IMG/VR virus record: IMGVR_UViG_3300042731_011235
DNA: 10,833 nt
Origin: a virus
Reading direction: 5' to 3' (one strand)
Shown here: in pieces, positions 1-5,096 of the stretch
Layout: the number at the start of each line of letters is the position of its first letter
Numbering within the stretch: the stretch's first letter is position 1
Position numbers and translations under genes: made by a program
Notes under the pieces: model-generated
Databases searched by the model: none
What the model saw: only the letters and a program-made list of their open reading frames with translations
Told to the model about the DNA's origin: nothing

Positions 1-688
1 AATATTCGCGCAGACAGTTCCCGCAATGCTTGCAGCCGCTCGGCCCTGGACCACTACATGAGTAGACGGGAAAATCATCTTTGAACCGCTCCATCACGCG
101 CGCGTAAGCATCCTTGGTGATGCACCAATACGAATTCAATGTGCGCTTACGGAATTCGTAGTCGCGCCGATATTGGGGCGAGATGTCCTGGTCAAAGTAT
201 GCCATGAATGTCAGGACAACGGGCACATCGCGTGAAGTATAATATGCTACCGCACGCGCCACCGTAGCCATGTTCCATGTATTCGTTCGAATACGCACGA
301 ACATCAGATTAATCGGTGGCTCGTCTATCCCATGAAAGTCCTCATCCGTCATTTCACCGGGATTTACGGTCAAGACAACGGGCGCCGGAAAATCTAGTGA
401 TGGGATTGCTGTATTGTAGAACCGTAGAGGATATCGCGCCGTCTCGCTTATTACTAGATCACGCTGCACGTTGCTGTCATTGCCGTCGTTCACGCGCACG
501 ACGCGACCTTCTACATCATCATACGTCGGCATGTTTGGGAGATTATCCTCAAGGGGCTCCAGATACGATCTGCCAGATTGGAAGAAGCAATCCGAACATT
601 TGTTGGGGCATGTTCCTCTCTGCGGAATTGCACAAATAATTCCGCTGCCCCGCGTTTTGGGATTTTCTTTGTAGAATAGACTCACCAA
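1..688 (-). CDS. Partial CDS whose N-terminus is in the window and C-terminus runs off the left edge. It encodes a putative Fe-S/radical-SAM-like protein with a CxxxCxxC triad near the N-terminus (ICAIPQRGTCPNKCSDCFF).
   Basis: The minus-strand frame is open from the TGA at 691-689 to position 1, roughly 229 codons. This ORF is missing from the supplied track because it has no stop codon inside the window. AGGAGG lies at 700-695, followed by TTG at 688 (6-nt spacer) and GTG at 685. The GTG overlaps the upstream TGA as GTGA. The first ATG is at 532. The plus-strand ORFs 316-639 and 471-674 are antisense to it. Confidence 0.6.
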   Translation of the reverse strand, partial: MVSLFYKENPKTRGSGIICAIPQRGTCPNKCSDCFFQSGRSYLEPLEDNLPNMPTYDDVEGRVVRVNDGNDSNVQRDLVISETARYPLRFYNTAIPSLDFPAPVVLTVNPGEMTDEDFHGIDEPPINLMFVRIRTNTWNMATVARAVAYYTSRDVPVVLTFMAYFDQDISPQYRRDYEFRKRTLNSYWCITKDAYARVMERFKDDFPVYSCSGPGPSGCKHCGNCLREY

Positions 689-984
689 TCAAACCCTCCT
701 TCCTCAGCGCTGGCTACTCCAAAAATGGCCGCTACGCCAATATCATGAAGCTCTCGAATAATCGCAGCGCGGTCGTTTGCTTTGACTGCATCAATAAGTT
801 CAAGATACTCTTCGGTGATGATCCCCAAAACCTCATGGGACGATGTGTAGCTAAGCGGACCTTTTTGATCCAGCCGCCATTCTAGTGTCCTGGAAATAGC
901 ATCTAATGCCTCTTGTCTGGCCGCAGGAGTAATTCTGATTCTTGGCAACTTTTTTCCTATCAATCTTCGTCTGGTCCAGACCAC
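682..984 (-). CDS. Putative MazG-like (all-alpha) nucleoside triphosphate pyrophosphohydrolase. It has an EExxE-type motif (ITEEYLELIDAV) and a second acidic helix (IRELHDIGVAAI).
   Basis: This is a 100-aa ORF. The only M is a GTG at 984. TTG at 963 overlaps the upstream stop as TTGA, so the real start is probably 963 or a nearby TTG. The motif resemblance to MazG/HisE-type pyrophosphatases is recalled from memory. Confidence 0.5.
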   Translation of the reverse strand: MVWTRRRLIGKKLPRIRITPAARQEALDAISRTLEWRLDQKGPLSYTSSHEVLGIITEEYLELIDAVKANDRAAIIRELHDIGVAAIFGVASAEEGGFDW

Positions 985-1094
985 TCATCAAATGTGGTCA
1001 TCATCTCCTCGTCTAGCTCGTCCTCGGTACTCTTATTGTCTAATACTAATTCAGCCCAATCTACTGGCAACTCTTGATCATTATCGTCAGCCAT
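960..1094 (-). CDS. Small acidic hypothetical protein, 44 aa (MADDNDQELPVDWAELVLDNKSTEDELDEEMMTTFDEWSGPDED).
   Basis: The ATG at 1094 lies 3 nt after the stop of the upstream gene, and the ORF fills the gap between genes. It is below the ORF-track length cutoff. Confidence 0.35.
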   Translation of the reverse strand: MADDNDQELPVDWAELVLDNKSTEDELDEEMMTTFDEWSGPDED

Positions 1095-1097
1095 AGA

Positions 1098-1580
1098 TCA
1101 CCACCCGTAATCGAAAATTATGGGTTGTATTTTCTTCCTCTTTCGTATCATTCCCCAATTCATGATTGGATAATCCGCAGGCTCGTCCGACCAATTAATG
1201 AAGTCCTGGATATTATATTTTTCCCCTAAATATCGAACTAATTCCCAAGCCGACGTGGGGCGCCGCCCCCGCCTAAATCTGTAGAAAGGCTGAGCAATCC
1301 AGCCTCGGTGTCCCCGTCGCGCTTTTTCACCAGCCAAAATGGGACCAAAGCACCATTTATCCTCTTCTTCTATTAATTGATTCCATAGGTAAAGCTCTCG
1401 GGCAGATTGATCAAAGGCAGGCATGGGAGGCTCAACTTTTACAATAACCGAGCCTCTGCGATAGATCAAGCGTTCCCCTTGATGTTCGGAGGCTAGATAT
1501 AGTCGTTTTGCTGGCTTTCCATTGACCAGCACTTCCGGAACTTCTTTTTGGGGCTCATTTATTTTGACAGTTAGTTTCAT
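1098..1580 (-). CDS. Hypothetical protein, about 160 aa.
   Basis: ATG at 1580 follows the upstream TAA (1585-1583) by 2 nt (TAACCATG). The track's GTG start at 1592 lies inside the upstream gene. No family was recognised. Confidence 0.6.
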   Translation of the reverse strand: MKLTVKINEPQKEVPEVLVNGKPAKRLYLASEHQGERLIYRRGSVIVKVEPPMPAFDQSARELYLWNQLIEEEDKWCFGPILAGEKARRGHRGWIAQPFYRFRRGRRPTSAWELVRYLGEKYNIQDFINWSDEPADYPIMNWGMIRKRKKIQPIIFDYGW

Positions 1581-1582
1581 GG

Positions 1583-1993
1583 TTACGCGCACCGCAAAAC
1601 CGTCCAGAGACCAAAAGAGTTCTCCTTGAACAGGTCGTAGGGCTCAAGTAGCGCCTTCAGCTCTGCTTTGGTTTTCTGGATGTCCAGCTTGGTGGGATCA
1701 TAGTAATTGAAGGATCCACAATAGCCGCCGGACAGGCCTAGCACCACTCCAACGACCAGCCCGTCGGATGTCCTGCTATCTATGGCATCAAACGGACCTA
1801 CTTTGCCGTTGCCCTTCTCGAAGATGGGAAGAGGAGCCACCACGATGTTCTTAATTTTCTTGCCACACGTAGGACAATAGGCGGCGTCGGGAGGAACTTC
1901 GTGAGCGCAACCCCGAACTTCGTGCTTTTCCGAAAGATCGGCTCTATTAATCTTAACACCAACTACGGTGAGGGCCGAATAATCAACACTCAT
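1583..1993 (-). CDS. Hypothetical protein with a C-x-H...C-x2-C zinc-ribbon-like segment (CAHEVPPDAAYCPTCGK).
   Basis: The internal ATG at 1993 is preceded by GGAAAGGAG. The track ORF extends to 2110, but that 5' part overlaps the 1983-2375 gene. Confidence 0.6.
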   Translation of the reverse strand: MSVDYSALTVVGVKINRADLSEKHEVRGCAHEVPPDAAYCPTCGKKIKNIVVAPLPIFEKGNGKVGPFDAIDSRTSDGLVVGVVLGLSGGYCGSFNYYDPTKLDIQKTKAELKALLEPYDLFKENSFGLWTVLRCA

Positions 1994-2375
1994 TACCAAT
2001 TTTCTCCTTTCCGACTTTGAGTAAATCCTCAAGGACGAAAGCGGGGCTAACACAGGCTCGACCCAAGAAGAAAATGAGCAGCTTAATTTGCTCTTCCCAC
2101 TTGTCCTCAAACCAGATTACCCACCGTGGAATGCCTACCCCGACTTCGTAACCATTCAGCCCTACTACGAAGTTTCCGTCGGGCGCCGCCTCCAGCTGCA
2201 TAAATACCCGGAAAAGTTGGTCGAATGACCAACTGATGCAGAGGCTGACGTGGGCGTGGCTCTTATCATGCCCAATGCAGGATGATCGAGTTTCGACGCC
2301 TGGAAGAGCGTTGAGAGCATCCATGTAAGGCACCATCTCCGGGTCAATATCCTTGGGGTAGTCTTCGATGGGCAT
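1983..2375 (-). CDS. Hypothetical protein, 130 aa.
   Basis: A strong RBS, AAGAGGAGAACTAG, precedes the ATG at 2375. Confidence 0.65.
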   Translation of the reverse strand: MPIEDYPKDIDPEMVPYMDALNALPGVETRSSCIGHDKSHAHVSLCISWSFDQLFRVFMQLEAAPDGNFVVGLNGYEVGVGIPRWVIWFEDKWEEQIKLLIFFLGRACVSPAFVLEDLLKVGKEKIGNEC

Positions 2376-2398
2376 CTAGTTCTCCTCTTATGGCTGCC

Positions 2399-2488
2399 TT
2401 ATCGACGCTTATTCTTGCGCGATTTCCTCTTCTTGGAGCCAAACTTTCGGCGCCGCCTGCTATGTGTATGGGCTGCTTTGTGCGACAT
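2399..2488 (-). CDS. Candidate 29-aa extremely basic micro-protein (MSHKAAHTHSRRRRKFGSKKRKSRKNKRR).
   Basis: ATG at 2488 overlaps the TAA of the upstream gene as TAATG. The ORF sits in an otherwise empty 110-nt gap. It is below the ORF-track cutoff. Confidence 0.3.
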   Translation of the reverse strand: MSHKAAHTHSRRRRKFGSKKRKSRKNKRR

Positions 2489-2799
2489 TATGTATCTCTC
2501 CTAGGCTTTATACCAACGATAGCCGTGGCGCGGCCATCACGAGTAACTGCGTCCGCAACATCTGAGCTAAACTTGCGAAGCTCCTCAAGAGTCATTATAA
2601 GTGTACCCGCGCCGCCAAAGTCCTCGATGTTTTGGTGCTCCCCATTAGGGTTCGCAGGCTCGACCCCAACAGATTCTTCATCGAGCAATGTTAACAATAT
2701 GCGCGCCTCTCTCATTGGTTTTTCCGCTCTGTAGAGCTGGCCCCGCCTCTGGGCCAAATACTTGGTGTCCGCAATGGCCTCCATAACAATACTGCTCAT
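2488..2799 (-). CDS. Hypothetical protein, 103 aa.
   Basis: Plausible protein-like composition. No clear SD motif. The alternative start is the ATG at codon 6. Confidence 0.5.
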   Translation of the reverse strand: MSSIVMEAIADTKYLAQRRGQLYRAEKPMREARILLTLLDEESVGVEPANPNGEHQNIEDFGGAGTLIMTLEELRKFSSDVADAVTRDGRATAIVGIKPRRDT

Positions 2800-2833
2800 C
2801 TCTGGAAAGTGAGTAAGGATGTAGATACTTTCA

Positions 2834-3097
2834 TTACTCCCCCTGATCTGCTAGCTCGGCTAGCACTTCGGCATGACAAGGAAGAGGCGCGCACCAGCAG
2901 CCGAGAACTCTGCCTTTGAGTATACGCACCTCGGCCATCAGTTCCGGTTGCTCTGATATCCAAGCTCGATATCTCTTAATGACTTCCGTCCGTGTTCCGT
3001 GGATTCCGACTTTGAAGGGATTTCCCCATTTCGAGGGGCGCCCTACGTAGACATCATAGGGATCTCGTCTGCAGTGAACGATCTTAGTCTTGGCCAT
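2834..3097 (-). CDS. DUF4326-family protein.
   Basis: The motifs YDVYVGRPSKWGNPF ... VIKRYRAWI ... GRVLGCWCAPLPCHAEVLAELA match my memory of the DUF4326 signature (YIGR..WGNPF ... L.CWC.P..CH.DVL). GGGGAGG plus an 8-nt spacer precedes the ATG at 3097 (MAKTKIVHC). The track's start at 3133 is probably too far upstream. Confidence 0.6.
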   Translation of the reverse strand: MAKTKIVHCRRDPYDVYVGRPSKWGNPFKVGIHGTRTEVIKRYRAWISEQPELMAEVRILKGRVLGCWCAPLPCHAEVLAELADQGE

Positions 3098-3263
3098 CGG
3101 AATATCCTCCCCAAGCCCAATCCCACTCGTCACAAAGATACCAAATCGCTAAATACTCTTTCTCCGTCGGTGCCCGACCAATCGGGGCTATCTCGAAGCG
3201 ATGTTCTTTGTAGCCAGCCGCTTTCAATAAGTCCCAGGCATCCTTTTCGGGCTCAAAATCCAC
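3084..3263 (-). CDS. Small hypothetical protein, about 60 aa.
   Basis: GTG at 3263 is preceded by GAGG plus a 6-nt spacer. The track start at 3275 is a TTG lying 4 nt from the tRNA-Ser 3' end. The ORF overlaps the next gene by 14 nt. Confidence 0.4.
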   Translation of the reverse strand: MDFEPEKDAWDLLKAAGYKEHRFEIAPIGRAPTEKEYLAIWYLCDEWDWAWGGYSDGQD

Positions 3264-3278
3264 GGCGTTCCTCAAAGC

Positions 3279-3365
3279 TGGCGGAGAGGGCGGGATTCGA
3301 ACCCGCGTGGGTGTTACCCCGCGTGCGTTCCAAGCACGTGCACTCAGCCTCTATGCGACCTCTCC
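3279..3365 (-). tRNA. tRNA-Ser(GGA), class II with a long variable arm, CCA encoded.
   Basis: The reverse complement is GGAGAGGTCGCATAGAGGCTGAGTGCACGTGCTTGGAACGCACGCGGGGTAACACCCACGCGGGTTCGAATCCCGCCCTCTCCGCCA. The acceptor is GGAGAGG/CCTCTCC. The anticodon stem is CGTGC/GCACG with loop TTGGAAC. The T-arm is GCGGG-TTCGAAT-CCCGC. Confidence 0.88.
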
Positions 3366-3468
3366 ATTACAGTACCACTATTTCCCCTGGGTCAATACGA
3401 CCTAATAGTAGTCATGCTAGGAATACCAGACCAATCAAGAAGACGGACGACCTTCTATCCTAACAATA

Positions 3469-3711
3469 CTAGTTTTCCCCTATTTGCGCAAGCTTCTTTA
3501 TGGATAATTGGCGCGCGGTTACGCATTCAGCCCCCGCGTTCTTCGCTTCTGCTGTGCCCCTATCCTTCCAGCCTTTCATGTATGCTATGCGCTCTCTCGC
3601 AGCCGCAACTCTCTCGGCTGATGGCTTCGAAGGGCACTCCCCCGCCTCTCGAATAGGACACCCGACTAATGAGGCGTCTCCACAACCCTCTTCACAGTAG
3701 TAGTTAGCCAT
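3469..3711 (-). CDS. Hypothetical Cys-rich protein (MANYYCEEGCGDASLVGCPIREAGECPS...).
   Basis: ATG at 3711 is preceded by AGGAG plus a 6-nt spacer. It immediately follows the TAG of the upstream gene. Confidence 0.55.
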   Translation of the reverse strand: MANYYCEEGCGDASLVGCPIREAGECPSKPSAERVAAARERIAYMKGWKDRGTAEAKNAGAECVTARQLSIKKLAQIGEN

Positions 3712-3713
3712 CA

Positions 3714-3998
3714 CTATCTCCTATTCACACGCCTATACTCACCACGATATTTCCACTCCAGATCCAAAATGGTGGCCTTTACTTTATTTAAGTCACCAGT
3801 TGTTTTAACGCACGCTCTTCCAGCACAGAAAAACCAATCTACTGGCTGACCGCTCGTGGCCGCTACTTCCTTGACGAATCCCTCGATAAATTCAGGGGAA
3901 ACTGAGTGCATCATGAAAGCGAGCTTACCATTTTTGTAAATATCAGGATCACACGACGGCGGAGCCGTCGTCGAATCGTCGGTCACTAAAGTCGACAT
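3714..3998 (-). CDS. Hypothetical protein, 94 aa.
   Basis: GGAGGG plus a 5-nt spacer precedes the ATG at 3998 (MSTLVTDD...). The track start at 4019 lies upstream of that RBS. Confidence 0.6.
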   Translation of the reverse strand: MSTLVTDDSTTAPPSCDPDIYKNGKLAFMMHSVSPEFIEGFVKEVAATSGQPVDWFFCAGRACVKTTGDLNKVKATILDLEWKYRGEYRRVNRR

Positions 3999-4479
3999 GT
4001 TTTCCCTCCGAGAAATCATAGTGCTTTCGCATCCCCATATCGTCCGACTTGCCGGCGTACCATCTGAGGATTCCCGCTATGTCCTTATGAGTAACCTCAT
4101 ATCTGTTGACGCCGTCCTGTCCATCAATGAGCATAGCGTCGATTCCGCCGCGGTTATTGGCCTCGAAGGCTACCGTACGGGACGGCTTCCTGCGCATCCA
4201 AACAAGCTCAAGGCCTCCTTCCCCGTCGGCATCAACTTGCGGAGGGCGGAGAGACAAGCCCTCCTCCCTGATGATCTCCATAAGTGTTTTGGTCAGGGAC
4301 TTTAGCCGCTGAACTTTGTTTCTGTCAAGTCCGATTGCCTGGGCCTCACTCTCAATCCATTCGCTGGTGCACGTCTCACAGGATTCGTTGCATCCTTCCT
4401 CATCTTCGCAGTGGTATGTAGGAAACTTGGGCCGCAGACTCTTCAGAAGCCGCGCAGCGAGATCCTGTAGCTTACTCAT
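3949..4479 (-). CDS. Hypothetical protein with an N-terminal Cys4 cluster (HCEDEEGCNESCETC).
   Basis: This is a 176-aa ORF. AAGGAAAG lies upstream of the ATG at 4479. Confidence 0.6.
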   Translation of the reverse strand: MSKLQDLAARLLKSLRPKFPTYHCEDEEGCNESCETCTSEWIESEAQAIGLDRNKVQRLKSLTKTLMEIIREEGLSLRPPQVDADGEGGLELVWMRRKPSRTVAFEANNRGGIDAMLIDGQDGVNRYEVTHKDIAGILRWYAGKSDDMGMRKHYDFSEGKHVDFSDRRFDDGSAVV

Positions 4480-4511
4480 TGGCCTGCTTTCCTTCGAACT
4501 CCGCTTTAAGA

Positions 4512-4991
4512 CTAAAGCACATGTAACATATATGATTCAGCATACTGGTATCTAGCGAAATAACCTTCCCACGGCTTATCGCCCTTATACTTGGACGGGT
4601 CTAGTCTTAGCTGAGACTCAAACTGCCGCGCCTGAATTACATCGGCGAATACGCCCACAACCGCCCAGTACCCATCCGTACGGCCAAATGTGTTACCATC
4701 CGAATACCTAACGACCACTAGGTGAACAATATCCGCAGCATATACTTCATCTGGTACCTCTATTTCCTCAGCCCAAAAGTCAGATAGAGCCTCTCTACTG
4801 CGCACAAAAAACTTAGGTGTAAATGTTATGAGAGCATCGGTGCGACCGGTCCACTTATTATCTGGATCAATAGCTTCTCCGCCTGAGGTATGCTCTCGAT
4901 AATCCAAGATCAAGACCTTGGAAGGAGGGACAATGGGCGCCTCCTTCCTCGGCCTTTTCTTAGACTTCTTTTTTGCCTTTTTCTTAGCCAT
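4512..4991 (-). CDS. Hypothetical protein with a Lys-rich N-terminus (MAKKKAKKKSKKRPRKE...), possibly nucleic-acid binding.
   Basis: This is a 159-aa ORF. Its start lies 18 nt downstream (in the direction of transcription) of tRNA-Phe. Confidence 0.6.
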   Translation of the reverse strand: MAKKKAKKKSKKRPRKEAPIVPPSKVLILDYREHTSGGEAIDPDNKWTGRTDALITFTPKFFVRSREALSDFWAEEIEVPDEVYAADIVHLVVVRYSDGNTFGRTDGYWAVVGVFADVIQARQFESQLRLDPSKYKGDKPWEGYFARYQYAESYMLHVL

Positions 4992-5008
4992 TATCCACCC
5001 AAAACAGA

Positions 5009-5086
5009 TGGTGGGAGGGGACGGAATCGAACCGCCGACACCGGCCTTTTCAGGGCCGTGCTCTACGCAGGCTGAGCTACCCTCCC
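5009..5086 (-). tRNA. tRNA-Phe(GAA), CCA encoded.
   Basis: The reverse complement is GGGAGGGTAGCTCAGCCTGCGTAGAGCACGGCCCTGAAAAGGCCGGTGTCGGCGGTTCGATTCCGTCCCCTCCCACCA. It has U8 and A9. The D-stem is GCTC/GAGC with a 10-nt D-loop. The anticodon loop is CTGAAAA. The T-loop is TTCGATT. The gene lies 10 nt downstream of the MVP stop codon. Confidence 0.85.
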
Positions 5087-5096
5087 CGTGCCCGGC

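Noticed and set aside
316-674. Plus-strand ORFs 316-639 and 471-674.
   Set aside because: They are antisense to the unlisted minus-strand ORF that is open to the window edge and carries an RBS and Cys motifs. Their products are His/Arg/Ser-rich with no motifs.
2390-2734. Plus-strand ORF of 114 aa.
   Set aside because: It is antisense to the minus-strand gene 2488-2799 and to the basic micro-ORF. It would be the only plus-strand gene in a strictly unidirectional block.
2999-3463. Plus-strand ORF of 154 aa.
   Set aside because: It overlaps tRNA-Ser(GGA) and two minus-strand genes. It is Ser/Pro/Arg-rich, which looks like an antisense artefact.
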